From the NCBI GenBank assembly GCA_021780195.1, contig JAJXZE010000004.1, forward strand, positions 1,584 to 65,583: a stretch of DNA of 64,000 bases, given 5' to 3'. The notes beneath the pieces were generated by a model. It did not search any database and was not told the DNA's origin. It worked only from the letters and a program-made list of their open reading frames with translations. Position numbers and translations under genes: made by a program. Origin of the DNA: a bacterium. Its GTDB lineage: Bacteria; Patescibacteriota; Minisyncoccia; UBA6257; 2-01-FULL-56-20. Below are positions 20,269 through 30,800 of the stretch, piece after piece. Numbering within the stretch: position 1 is the stretch's first letter; every line of letters begins with the position of its first letter.

Positions 20269-22245
20269 ATGAATTCCTGGCGCCGCATGTCGGTCTCCGC
20301 GAAAATCATCACCGCGTTCCTCTCCGCACTTCTCATCTTCGGCGCGTTCGATTTTTATCTCTCGTCCGCGCTCGACGCAAATCAGGCGCTCACCCTCACC
20401 ATCAAGGAGCATTACGCCACGCTGAACGATCTCTCCTCGCTCCCGTATCAAAACAGCTTGATGAACGACGCGGTAAAATCGTTCGCGCTCACGCACGATC
20501 CTTCGTGGCGCACCGCGTATCTTGAGGCCTACACCTCGATCGAAGGCCTTCTTGCGACGGCGAACGGCGCGCCCGACCTCACGCCCGCGGACAAATCATC
20601 CCTCGGCGCGCTTCAGGAACTTTTCAATAACCAGGCCGCGACCGACTTCGCGGTATTCTCGGCGTCCGGGCCGGCCGCACCCACCGCAAGCGGCGTGGCC
20701 GGGGGCGCCATCGCCGCGCTCTTCTCCCCGTCCTACCTCGCGAACTCGAGCGCGATCGCGGGCCGCATCAACGCACTCATCACCTTCCGCGCCAATTATC
20801 TCGATTCGCTGGTCGGCGAGAGCAATGCCGCGCTCGCGAACCTCCACTCGATCCTCTTCGCGCTCTATGTGTTTTTCTCGCTCGTTTTCATCCTGATCTG
20901 GACCGGCATCGCGCGCGGCGTCACGCGTCCCATCCGTCGGCTGACGGACGCCGCGCAGAGGATCGGCGCGGGCGATCTCGCCGCAACAGCGGCCGTGGAC
21001 TCGGGCGACGAGATCGGCACGCTCGCGGAAACCTTCAACACCATGGCAGGGAAGATCCGCGAGGCGTACGCCCGCATTGAAAACGACGAGGCGCGCCTGC
21101 TCGCTTCCATCAACAGCCTCTCCCTCGGCTACATGCTTCTCGATGCACACGGGGGAACCGTCATGACGAACGGCGCACTCAATGGATTATGCGGCGGCGC
21201 GACGCCGACCCTTGAAGAGGCCTCGCGGCGCTTTACGGCGGCGGTGCCGATCACGGAAACCTACCGTCGCATGATCGTCTCGAAGGCAAATGACGAGATT
21301 CCCGAGGCCGCGTGCGGCGACCGCTTCTTCAGGATATTCTTCGCCCCCATCCTTCCCGCCGGACCCGCAGGGGAAAACCGCGGCGGCCGCGAAGCGATCG
21401 GCGCCGTCATCATCTTCGAGGACATCACGGACGAGAAGCGGCTCGAGCAGGAGAAAAGCGCGTTCGTCGCGATCGCGTCGCACGAGATGCGCACGCCCCT
21501 CACCGTGATTCGCGGCAACGCGGAACTCCTCCTCGGCAATCCGCGTATCAAGGGCGACGAGACGCTCGCCCGTCAGCTCGGAAACGTACTGAAGGACAGC
21601 GTGCGCCTGCTGAACATCGTGAACGACTTCCTGGACGTCCAGCACATTGAGGAAGGGAAAATCTCCTTTGCGCCGGAGCCGCTCGACCTTGCGGGGATCC
21701 TTAGGGAGTCCGCCGCCGATCTCGCGGGCCTTGCGGCGAAGAAGGGCCTCGCGATCTCGTTCGACGCCTCCTTCCCTCCGGCGCTTCCGCCATTCACACT
21801 CGACAAGTACCGCCTGGAGCAGATTTATACGAACCTCGTGAGCAACGCGCTGAACTACACCGAACATGGCGGCGTGACGATCGGGATCGAGCGCACCACG
21901 GAGGGCGCGCGGATCCGGTTCGCGGACACGGGCATCGGCATCGCGTCGGAGGAACAGGCACGTCTCTTCGGAAAGTTCCAGACCGGAAAAATATTCCTGC
22001 GGAGCAAGGAGTACGGCAGCGGCCTCGGCCTCTACATCTCCCGCCTCCTTGCGCGTCTCATGGGAGGCGAACTCGCGCTCGAAAAAAGCGTCGTAGGAAA
22101 AGGGAGCACCTTCGTCCTCGCGCTCCCCTTCGCGATGCCCAGCATCGACACGGGCGCAGTCCCGAGCGCCGGTATGCCCGCACGCGGCGTCGGCGCGCCC
22201 GCTGACACGCCCACGGGTGGCGGTCCGGGCCGTATGATACAATAA
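20269..22245 (+). CDS. Sensor histidine kinase (two TM, HAMP, HisKA, HATPase_c)
   Basis: H-box HEMRTPLTVIRGNAELL; G-boxes DTGIGI and GSGLGL; N-terminal TM pair. Confidence 0.85.
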   Translation: MNSWRRMSVSAKIITAFLSALLIFGAFDFYLSSALDANQALTLTIKEHYATLNDLSSLPYQNSLMNDAVKSFALTHDPSWRTAYLEAYTSIEGLLATANGAPDLTPADKSSLGALQELFNNQAATDFAVFSASGPAAPTASGVAGGAIAALFSPSYLANSSAIAGRINALITFRANYLDSLVGESNAALANLHSILFALYVFFSLVFILIWTGIARGVTRPIRRLTDAAQRIGAGDLAATAAVDSGDEIGTLAETFNTMAGKIREAYARIENDEARLLASINSLSLGYMLLDAHGGTVMTNGALNGLCGGATPTLEEASRRFTAAVPITETYRRMIVSKANDEIPEAACGDRFFRIFFAPILPAGPAGENRGGREAIGAVIIFEDITDEKRLEQEKSAFVAIASHEMRTPLTVIRGNAELLLGNPRIKGDETLARQLGNVLKDSVRLLNIVNDFLDVQHIEEGKISFAPEPLDLAGILRESAADLAGLAAKKGLAISFDASFPPALPPFTLDKYRLEQIYTNLVSNALNYTEHGGVTIGIERTTEGARIRFADTGIGIASEEQARLFGKFQTGKIFLRSKEYGSGLGLYISRLLARLMGGELALEKSVVGKGSTFVLALPFAMPSIDTGAVPSAGMPARGVGAPADTPTGGGPGRMIQ

Positions 22246-22249
22246 AGGC

Positions 22250-22630
22250 ATGGCGAAGATCCTCCTCGTCGACGACGAACCGGACATTATCGCGATCTAT
22301 AAAACCAAGCTCGAAGAAGCCGGCTTCGAGGTATCGACCGCCCGCGATGGCGTCGAGGCAGTTGCCGCGGCGGCGGCCAGCCGCCCGGATCTCATCCTTA
22401 TGGACATGAAGATGCCGAACATGGACGGGGTCGCGGCCCAGCAAAAGCTTAAAAACGATCCGGCCACCAAGGATCTCAGGGTGGTTTTCCTGACCGCCTT
22501 CGCGGACCCGATGAAACCGGAAGTCGACAAGGCCTTCGCGAGGCAGAGCGGCGCCGTGGACTTCATCCAGAAGGGCATTGATCTCGACGAACTCGTGCAG
22601 AAGGTCAAGGGATACCTTTTGACCCCATAG
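22250..22630 (+). CDS. Single-domain response regulator (CheY-like receiver)
   Basis: LLVDDEPDI ... LILMDMKMPNMDG receiver motifs; 4 nt after the kinase stop. Confidence 0.85.
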   Translation: MAKILLVDDEPDIIAIYKTKLEEAGFEVSTARDGVEAVAAAAASRPDLILMDMKMPNMDGVAAQQKLKNDPATKDLRVVFLTAFADPMKPEVDKAFARQSGAVDFIQKGIDLDELVQKVKGYLLTP

Positions 22631-22660
22631 AAGCAGGGGGGTATAATGGAATCAATAGTG

Positions 22661-22688
22661 AAAATGCCCTTATGGAAAGGGCATTTTG
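22661..22688 (+). terminator. Intrinsic terminator after the response regulator
   Basis: AAAATGCCCTTATGGAAAGGGCATTTTG hairpin. Confidence 0.5.
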
Positions 22689-22755
22689 CTTAAGGAGGAC
22701 GGCGGCGGCACGCGGGTAAAAGTCCAGTAACCAGAGCCATTCTATTACGTTTTAT

Positions 22756-23289
22756 ATGTTAGACGGTGAGGAAAAGCTAGTAAAAAGCGCCGTCGGGGGT
22801 GATTCCTCGGCGTTCGGCTCCCTCTATGACCACTACCAACCGATGATCTATCGGTTCGTACTCGTGAAGGTGGGCCGGCGTGAGGACGCCGAGGATATCA
22901 CCCATCAGGTATTCACGGCGGCGTGGCAGAATATCGGGACGTATGCCCATCGTGGACACCCGTTCTCGAGTTGGCTTTACCGCATCGCGAGGAACCAGGT
23001 CATCGATCACTACCGGGCGGGCAAGGGCGAGGTCTCGATCGACCAGATCGATCCCGAAGCGTTCGCTTCCACGGCGGATGCCGCGGCCGACCTCGAGCGG
23101 AAGCTCGACGTCGAAAAAGTGCGGCGCGCCCTGCTCGCGCTGAAGCCCGAATATCAGGATGTGATCGTGCTCCGCTTCGTGGAGGATCTCCCCATCAAGG
23201 AGGTCGCCGAAGCGATGGAGCGTTCCCTCGGAGCCGTCAAACTCATGCAACACCGCGCCATCAGGGAGCTCAAACAATTACTTTCATGA
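22756..23289 (+). CDS. RNA polymerase ECF-type sigma-70 factor
   Basis: Region 2 (YRFVLVKVG..DAEDITHQVF) and region 4 (DVIVLRFVEDLPIKEVAEAMERSLGAVKLMQHRAIREL). Confidence 0.85.
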   Translation: MLDGEEKLVKSAVGGDSSAFGSLYDHYQPMIYRFVLVKVGRREDAEDITHQVFTAAWQNIGTYAHRGHPFSSWLYRIARNQVIDHYRAGKGEVSIDQIDPEAFASTADAAADLERKLDVEKVRRALLALKPEYQDVIVLRFVEDLPIKEVAEAMERSLGAVKLMQHRAIRELKQLLS

Positions 23290-23777
23290 ATCTTTTCGAA
23301 ACGCTTAAACAGCTGAAGGCCATCCAGCCCGATCCCGCATTCAAGGAGAATTCCCGGCGGACGATTTTGGCGACCGAACCCGCGCCGCGCATCCTCCCCT
23401 CCCTCAAGTCCCTGAGTCCGCGGCGTCTCATCTTCCGCCTCGTGGAGACCGGCGCGGCCGTGGCCCTGACCGGATTTTTCATACTGCTTCTCATGGGAGG
23501 CCTGTCCGGCTCCAAGTTCGCGCCGGTGCAGTACTCGTCGATCGACCCAACGGCCCTCAAGGCGGAAGCCAAGGCGATCGATATCCAGATCCAGCTTGCG
23601 AACGTAAAGTATAGCGAAGCGGCGGCCTCCACGGCGGCGCTCGCCGGGCCGAAGCGGCCCGTACTGGCCGCGGGCCTCATGGCCGCGGCGACGGCCACCT
23701 CGACGGAAGCCGCCTCCTCCACGGCCACGACGACCGCGATCTCTATTGACCAGGCGCTCCAGGGCCTCACCAATTAG
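23286..23777 (+). CDS. Putative anti-sigma factor-like membrane protein (start overlaps the sigma stop, ATGA)
   Basis: Single TM (AAVALTGFFILLLMGGL); position immediately after an ECF sigma; the track ORF 22923..23777 has a spurious 5' extension. Confidence 0.5.
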   Translation: MNLFETLKQLKAIQPDPAFKENSRRTILATEPAPRILPSLKSLSPRRLIFRLVETGAAVALTGFFILLLMGGLSGSKFAPVQYSSIDPTALKAEAKAIDIQIQLANVKYSEAAASTAALAGPKRPVLAAGLMAAATATSTEAASSTATTTAISIDQALQGLTN

Positions 23778-23778
23778 T

Positions 23779-24588
23779 ATGCTCAGCAGGCGCATCACGG
23801 CCGCCCTCCTCGCCCTCCCGCTCGCCGCGGGCCTTTCGTTCGTCATCCCGTCCGGTTCCGGCGTCTTCAGCGGCCGCGCCGCAGGCCCCCTCTTCGGCGG
23901 GGTAAAGATCGCGCGCGCGGACGTCTCCTGCGGATTCACGACTGCGGATCTTGAGACGATCACTGCGGCACGAGCACAGGGCCTCGACGCGGACCTTGCG
24001 GCACGAAAGGCGCTTCTTATGCGCACCATCGCCTGCGCCAAGGGCGATGCCGCGGCGCTCCAAAGCGGGCTCGCCGCGATCACGGTCCCGGGCGCGGATG
24101 CCTCCATCCGATCCCAGCTCTCCGGAAAGATCGACGACGCCATGACCTACTACGACCTCGAACTCGCGAAGGTTCAGACCGCGGGCCTCTCCGGAACCCA
24201 GCAGGTCGCGCAGGAAGTGCTTTCATGGCGGCAGTCGAACTACGACATCCTCGCGGCTCAGGTCGCGAACTTCGAGCTTTACGAAAGCAATCAGCCGCTC
24301 TTCGCGACCGCGAACGATCGCGTGACGCAGATGCAGAACCTGGTGGGCGCCATCCAGCAGGCGGGCCAGAACAACGACCTCCAGGCCGCATTCTCGAACG
24401 CCGAGACGCTCGTCCAGACCGCCAACAACGAGAACGCCTCCGCACGCCAGTCCCTTTCCCGCCTGCTCCCACCCGACCAGTCCCTTGGCCTCATCAAGGA
24501 ATCGCTCTCCTCGCTCTCGGATGCCTACGGAAAATTCTTCGATGTGAGCACGATCGTGCAGGGCCTCCTCGCCACCAAGGAGAAATAG
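23779..24588 (+). CDS. Secreted hypothetical protein (third gene of the ECF sigma cluster)
   Basis: Signal-like MLSRRITAALLALPLAAG; helical Ala/Gln-rich. Confidence 0.5.
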   Translation: MLSRRITAALLALPLAAGLSFVIPSGSGVFSGRAAGPLFGGVKIARADVSCGFTTADLETITAARAQGLDADLAARKALLMRTIACAKGDAAALQSGLAAITVPGADASIRSQLSGKIDDAMTYYDLELAKVQTAGLSGTQQVAQEVLSWRQSNYDILAAQVANFELYESNQPLFATANDRVTQMQNLVGAIQQAGQNNDLQAAFSNAETLVQTANNENASARQSLSRLLPPDQSLGLIKESLSSLSDAYGKFFDVSTIVQGLLATKEK

Positions 24589-24693
24589 AAGAACACGCGG
24601 GGCGTTCTTGAGGACGCATGCCGATCTGCGTGGGACTGGATCCGGATGGCCCCCCCTACATAGAAAACCGCCCGCTTCGAGATCAAAGTACGT

Positions 24694-26127
24694 TCATATC
24701 AACAGGAAGTAATCAAGCGGAATCTTGACCACATTCGCATCCTCCAATAATGTAAGTGAATTTCGGCAGATCACCACACCATATTTGGCTGAGCCTACTT
24801 TTTTCATCGTGCTTCGCACCTGAGTGCCAAGCTTTTCGCCCATACCGACTTCAATCGGAATAATGTTCTTACCGGCAATCGTCAGTATGAAATCAGCACC
24901 GACTTTTGAGCTGTCATAATTTAATGCGCCACGGCTGTTGGCTACAAATTCCCGATGCAGGGTCATGGCAACAATATCTTCCATAAGCCTACCTTTCTGG
25001 CTGGCAAAAATTTGTTCGCTACCGGCAACCGAGAGGAATGCCGATCGCATTGCGCTGGACATGAACTGATAGCGCGATGGTTTCCTCACTTTTTTGGAAT
25101 TTGATCCATAAGGCATGACACGAATAAGTAATTCTGCCTGCTCCAATACTTCAAGGATATTGGAAATGGTGTTTACGCTCGTCTTAAGTGTCGTGGCAAG
25201 TTTTTGAATACTCACCACGTCAGACTCGGCCAGAAGAAATAAAACCCTTTTAATATAAACTAGGGTCTTAGTATCAAAACGACCCAAGCTCTGCACGTCC
25301 TGATTAATTACCTTATCCAAAAGCAGAGTTATGGTTTGATATACCCGAACCTCGTCCTTCATCCGAATAGCAAAAGGCAAAGTGCCAATCTTTAAATATT
25401 CATCGACGTAATTGCGGTCTATGGATGCCCAGGCACTGACCACGCTCTGTTCGTACCTTTTCAGCTTTTCGTAAGCGTCTTTTGCGGATTCGGCGTTGAA
25501 TAATGCGTCCTTAATATTTTTCTTTAAATCTTTGACTGGGAACTTACCATCCCGGATCATTAGAAATTCAGAAAAGCTGGTCGGGAAAAGTTTCTGAAAA
25601 ATAGAACGGCGGATCACATCAGGATTTGTCTGCAAGGAAACAGCCGATGAGCCACTGCACACGACAAAAACTTTATTTGAGCGATCATATACCGATTTCA
25701 ATACCGATGCCCATTTTGGATCATATTGGGCTTCATCAATAAAAATGAAAATCGGTTGTGTGAGTTTTTCAAAGCTTTCACCAAGTATCTTTTCATATGC
25801 GCTCAAGACTTCCCTCAGCGATGAGCCGAGTACGTTTACCACTTCGTCCAAAGCAACATAGAGTATCCTGTGGTCACCGACTTCTTGGTAATGGTTCAAA
25901 AAAAGCTGAGCGAGGATAGTGCTCTTACCGACACCACGAAGTCCCGGAATAATGATCCAACGGTCCTGCACATTTGGACTGTGCAAAAAATCCCGAAAGT
26001 ACTTATCCACTTTTATGTAGATGTTTCTCTGCGGATATTTCTTGCCTTGTTCGTCCTGGGCATAAAATTTAAGCCGGAAAGGGGCCTGGACGAGCTGATT
26101 TTGCACGTATTTAAGGGTTTCTTCCAT
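24694..26127 (-). CDS. AAA+ ATPase of the COG1373 type (AAA_14 + DUF4143 architecture), markedly low GC
   Basis: Walker A GLRGVGKST, Walker B IFIFIDEAQ; C-terminal DUF4143-like region; AT-rich codon usage contrasts with neighbours. Confidence 0.75.
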   Translation of the reverse strand: MEETLKYVQNQLVQAPFRLKFYAQDEQGKKYPQRNIYIKVDKYFRDFLHSPNVQDRWIIIPGLRGVGKSTILAQLFLNHYQEVGDHRILYVALDEVVNVLGSSLREVLSAYEKILGESFEKLTQPIFIFIDEAQYDPKWASVLKSVYDRSNKVFVVCSGSSAVSLQTNPDVIRRSIFQKLFPTSFSEFLMIRDGKFPVKDLKKNIKDALFNAESAKDAYEKLKRYEQSVVSAWASIDRNYVDEYLKIGTLPFAIRMKDEVRVYQTITLLLDKVINQDVQSLGRFDTKTLVYIKRVLFLLAESDVVSIQKLATTLKTSVNTISNILEVLEQAELLIRVMPYGSNSKKVRKPSRYQFMSSAMRSAFLSVAGSEQIFASQKGRLMEDIVAMTLHREFVANSRGALNYDSSKVGADFILTIAGKNIIPIEVGMGEKLGTQVRSTMKKVGSAKYGVVICRNSLTLLEDANVVKIPLDYFLLI

Positions 26128-26646
26128 ATTTTTGTTATCTTTTTAGGTGATATAGTAAAATCACTTACTATATTACTCTAGTGATATAGAGAAGTCAAGC
26201 ACCTGTTTTCGCCAGGGAATTAGAGCATTTTAAATCTATTTACTAAATCCAAAGATCGTCTATCCGACCGTTTATGGTCAGCGCTCGCGAATTCGCGATT
26301 TCCTATCGATTTTTGGTAATCCGAATTGCGAGCTCGTCATGAAGGCGCAGTGAAGCGCCGCGGCCGCGGAGGGCAAGACGAACACTGCGACGTGGTGGTT
26401 CTCGGCGGGGAAAAGACCATACGGGAGTGACTCATCCAAGAGCGACTCATCCAAGAGCCCGACGACGCAGTGAGGGACGAAATTGTTCATGCGCGCATGC
26501 CGCTCAGTAAAATCCCCAGAACCGTAGACGACACGGAACGGTAGCAGAATACTTGAGCTACGATGAAGACTTCGCTTTCCTGACGTGCGCCGAAGCGGAG
26601 AAAAAACATTCTCATACATCGCCCGCAAAGCAACTCCGACCAACCA

Positions 26647-26673
26647 AAAGCCCCGCATGCCGCGGGGCTTTTT
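26647..26673 (-). terminator. Intrinsic terminator downstream of hup
   Basis: AAAAGCCCCGCATGCCGCGGGGCTTTTT. Confidence 0.6.
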
Positions 26674-26709
26674 CAAACATCGGAAAGGATCCTTTTCGAC
26701 GTTCTCCGC

Positions 26710-26985
26710 TTACAAGACCGCTTCCTTGAGCGCCTTGCCGGCGCGGAACTTCGGCTTGATGGACGCTTTGATCTGTATCTTTTCGCCCGTCTTGGGGTTC
26801 CGGCCTTCGCGCGCCGCCCGCTTCGCGACCCGGAAGGTTCCGAAGCCCGCGATCGCGACTTCCTCGCCGCGGCCCATCGTCTTTACGATGGTGTCGAAAA
26901 CGGCCTCCACGGCGCGCTCCGCACCCGCCTTCGTGTCGATCTCCGCGGCCTTCATGACCGCTTCGACCAATCCCTTTTTGTTCAT
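26710..26985 (-). CDS. hup: DNA-binding protein HU
   Basis: MNKKGLVEAV...GFGTFRVAKRAAREGRNPKTGEKIQIKASIKPKFRAGKALKEAV, canonical HU arm; start at MNKKG. Confidence 0.85.
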   Translation of the reverse strand: MNKKGLVEAVMKAAEIDTKAGAERAVEAVFDTIVKTMGRGEEVAIAGFGTFRVAKRAAREGRNPKTGEKIQIKASIKPKFRAGKALKEAVL

Positions 26986-27154
26986 AGACGTGGTTATTTT
27001 TTCCCGACCTTTGGCAATCATTGCTCCCCATAAGTATAGCAAATACGGGGGGTATGGCGCAAAGGGGGCCGGGGCTAGGCCTTCTCCCGAAAATCATCAT
27101 GCCGCGGTCAGTATCCGGATCGCCTTACGGTCGAGCGGTACTTCATGGATATCC

Positions 27155-27652
27155 TCACGAGGCGAGGTCCTTTGGATCGAACCCTGACGCCGCAAGGCAG
27201 AGATCGCGGAAGTAGATTCCTCCCACGCGCCGCACTACATCGATATTCACACCGTGGTCGAATGCCGCCGCCCTCATCCCGCGAAGCACGCTCCGCTCGA
27301 AATCCAATTCATCAAAAAAGACGAAGACGCTTTCCTGAATGTAGTATGGATCGGCCGCGGCTCCCTTGCGCCTCCATTCGGCGATCAAACGTTCCCGGTG
27401 GTCGTCGATATACCGCTTGAGACCGCTCGCGCGAAGAAGGGCCTCCCCTTTCTCAAGTAAGGCGAGCGGAGATGAGCCGGAAAACGCCCGATCTATCCGG
27501 CCTTCCATGGTTCGCATACGCTCCTCCATCGCGCCGACCCTTATTTCAACGCCGGTAAATCTACGCGATGCGTACCACGCTCCCGCGACAAGCAGTGCCG
27601 CAAGAGAAATAGCCTTATAGGTTCCGATTGAAATGATGATATTCTGTTCCAT
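27155..27652 (-). CDS. Hypothetical membrane-anchored protein
   Basis: ORF with one N-terminal TM; no family recognised. Confidence 0.4.
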   Translation of the reverse strand: MEQNIIISIGTYKAISLAALLVAGAWYASRRFTGVEIRVGAMEERMRTMEGRIDRAFSGSSPLALLEKGEALLRASGLKRYIDDHRERLIAEWRRKGAAADPYYIQESVFVFFDELDFERSVLRGMRAAAFDHGVNIDVVRRVGGIYFRDLCLAASGFDPKDLAS

Positions 27653-27781
27653 ATGTCCCACCCTAACACAAAGGACATTAAAAAATTGTTAAATTGGGCA
27701 CGGGCGCTGGTGCGGGAAAGGGCGCGAAATCCGGCACCTTGTGCCGCGTACGGCGTCGCACAACGTCCGACGCCCCAACGC

Positions 27782-27808
27782 AAAAGGCCCCCGTGAGGGG
27801 GCCTTTTG
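27782..27808 (-). terminator. Intrinsic terminator downstream of the giant surface-protein gene
   Basis: AAAAGGCCCCCGTGAGGGGGCCTTTTGG. Confidence 0.6.
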
Positions 27809-27853
27809 GTTTCGCGCGAGGTCACAAGCGACGCGCGAGAGATAGCTCTGCGG

Positions 27854-30800
27854 TTATTGGCCGACAGAGATATTCGCAACCGTGACCGGAACGGCATTCA
27901 CCGACAACGGGACACCGCCGGCAGCGATTGCCGTGCTGTCCGTGCCATCAAAGTACGTCAGGTCAGTAGCGTTTTGGATGCTCACCGAGACCGCCTCATT
28001 GACCGCAGTGTTGCCCACTATCAATGACGGAATCGCGTTTGTCGAACCCCACAGCTGGAGCACCACGCTCTGGTTGGCGGAAATGACAAGCGGGGCCGTT
28101 GACGTCGAGAACGTGAACGTTATCGTGTTTGAGCCGGACGTCGAAGTAGCCGTTGCGCCGTTCGCCGTAGCAACATCAACCTGGTTTGAATTCTTCAAGA
28201 CGATCGAATTCAAGAAGGAGTTGTAGTTGGCGACGCTGGAGCCATAGCTGGACGTAGCCGAGGTCGTCGTTGCCGAAGCCGTTATACCGCTGCCAGTGAA
28301 GGTAAGGGTCAGGTTTTTCAACTGAACCGAACCAGCCTTGTTTGCGGTAAGAGTGACCGTGCCAAGCTGACTCGATCCGGCCTTGGAACCAGAATACTGG
28401 TACGTGCTAGCCGCAGAAGCCGTCATAGCACTGCGCAATACCGTCTGCGTATTACCCGCAACCACACCAGAAAGCGAAACGGTAGCCGTCTTGTTGGACG
28501 TATTACCCAACGCTATCGCTGCGGTCGACGTGGCAATCGAGAACACGTTCGTGGAATTGTCCGTTGCGCCCTGAGACGAGTACGAGGCCACATCGCCCTT
28601 CAGGGTGATGAGAGTCGAATTCGCCTGAGGAACGAGGATCGGAGTCCCGAAGTGGAACGCATACGTGTAGACGCTCGTCGTACCCGTGGAAACCACAGTC
28701 GCGGCCCCAGCCGTACCAAGCAACGCCCCCGTGCTGTCATAGAGGGACAAGTTGTTGAAGGAAGGCAGGGTCACCGACGCCGTAGAGGTCGCAGTGTCAG
28801 TAACCGTAAGGTCGGTGATCTTTACGTTCTCCACGTTCGAGGTCTCCGTCAAACGGTAGACCGCTAAGGTGTTCCCCTGAGAACCCATGACAAGCTGGGT
28901 AGCCGAAGGCTGACTCGAATCAGCCGCAATGGAGACTGCAGAGCTGCCAGCAAAGGTCAAGGATTGACCGGGAACAGCGTTTGTAGTAAGCGAGATCGCA
29001 CTGAACGAAGTCGCGCCCGTCCCCGAAAGGCCACTTAGATAGGTCGCCGGAGAGATATCGGAAGCCGTCGACGTAGCGGACGACAAAGTGTCTGCATAGA
29101 CGTCAACATTGACCGTGCCTCCTTTGGGGACCAAGAACGGTGAACCCGAGAAGGCGTAGATGCCTCCCTGGGTGAGCGTTCCCTGCGAAGATCCGAACGG
29201 CGCGCCGTTCACCACGACCTTCAAGTTCTGGAACGAGGAAGCTCCAGAAGTGCCACCCATCTTAATGCTCACGTTGTTTATGTTAACGCCTTCCGCAGAG
29301 GAAGCCGTAAACGCGTACGAGCCGATTTTCAGGTTGGAGACGCCGGCCGCAACGTTTTGGTTGCCCAAAGCATTGCTCGCCGTTACCGTCAGGGACGAGG
29401 CGGCAAGCGACAAAGCGCTACCCGTCGCACCTGACGTGCTCCCGATGGCGGAAGAAATCATGCCCTGCAAGTTGTTGGAGCCTGGCAAGATAGCGCCCGT
29501 CACCGTCGTGAAGTTTGCGGCCGATTGAATGTCGGCGCGCAATGAAAGCACGCGGGTCGTATTCGCCGGAATCGTGTAATTGATCGGCGAAGCGGATGAA
29601 CCGAAGCTGTCAGCGTAAGTAACGCTGGCAGTCGACATCACACCACCAGACGTGAGGTTCACGCTTGTATTGGCACCGCTCTCTATCACGTTTGCTGAAG
29701 GAGGCTGGTTGATGGTCGTACCGACCTGTCCACCCGCATCGTCAACAATCGAGACGTTCTGGATCAAGCTGCTTAAGGCCGATGAGGTAGCGCCCGAGAG
29801 CGTGTTTACGCCAGTGAAGGTGAGGGAGAAAGGAAGATACTTGATCTTCACCGCCTCACCTGCGGCGTAAACATCAAACTTCGCGATCGTGATGGACGAC
29901 TGCCCCTTGGCGATATTGCCGGTCGGGGTGTTTGCATCCTGCGTGATCGTGCTCTGGCCCTGCTGGATGCTTACGAGCTGGCCAGCATTAGAACCGGCCG
30001 TAACCGGAACGTTGTACTGGGAGTCGTATGCCAAGACGTCGTAACCGTTCAAGATCTCAAACTGGAAGTTGTAGCTCGGAGAGCCCATCACATCCGCGAA
30101 GACCTGAACATTGTTGGAGCCGGTGTTCAAGATGCCCGGGTTGGCCGATGCATCAAAGTACGCCGTCCCGTCCTGACCGACCGTCGAGAGGGTCTGCCCA
30201 ATCTGAGTGCCGTTGACCATCAACTTCACGTTGCGGATATCGCCCTTGTTGGCGGAACCGATAACGTGGAAATTGATGCTCTTTAGGTACACCTTGCTGT
30301 TCACCGCGGAGATGTTCCATGCGGCGACAAGGTCATTCTGCGTGCCGGCCGTTACCTGATTGCCAACCGATGAAGAGGTAATGGTAAGAGAGGCAAGCGA
30401 AGGATTCTGGACATTCGTGACCGTGAACAAACCGCCATTCATCGGGAATGTTCCAGTCGGGGTAAGCGTGTTGTTGCTCGCGTCAACCGCCGAAACATCC
30501 GTCGCGGCATTCAACGCGAAGCCAGCCGTGTTACCAGCCGAGAGACCACCGGAAACGTCGATTGCCAAGGTGAGTTCAACCGTCTGTCCGGCCGGAACAT
30601 TCAAGCTCAAACCGGAGAAATCGATGACGCCCTGGTTCAACGAATTGTACTGGTAAAGCACCTTGCCATTCTGGACGAGGTACGCACCAGCGATCGAACT
30701 GTCGGACAAAACGCCGGTCTTGTGGAATTTGACTTCCGAGACCGTTACGCCCGCCGCATTACCCGCCGTGAAGTTCACGGAAAGCACCGGAACGCGCGCG

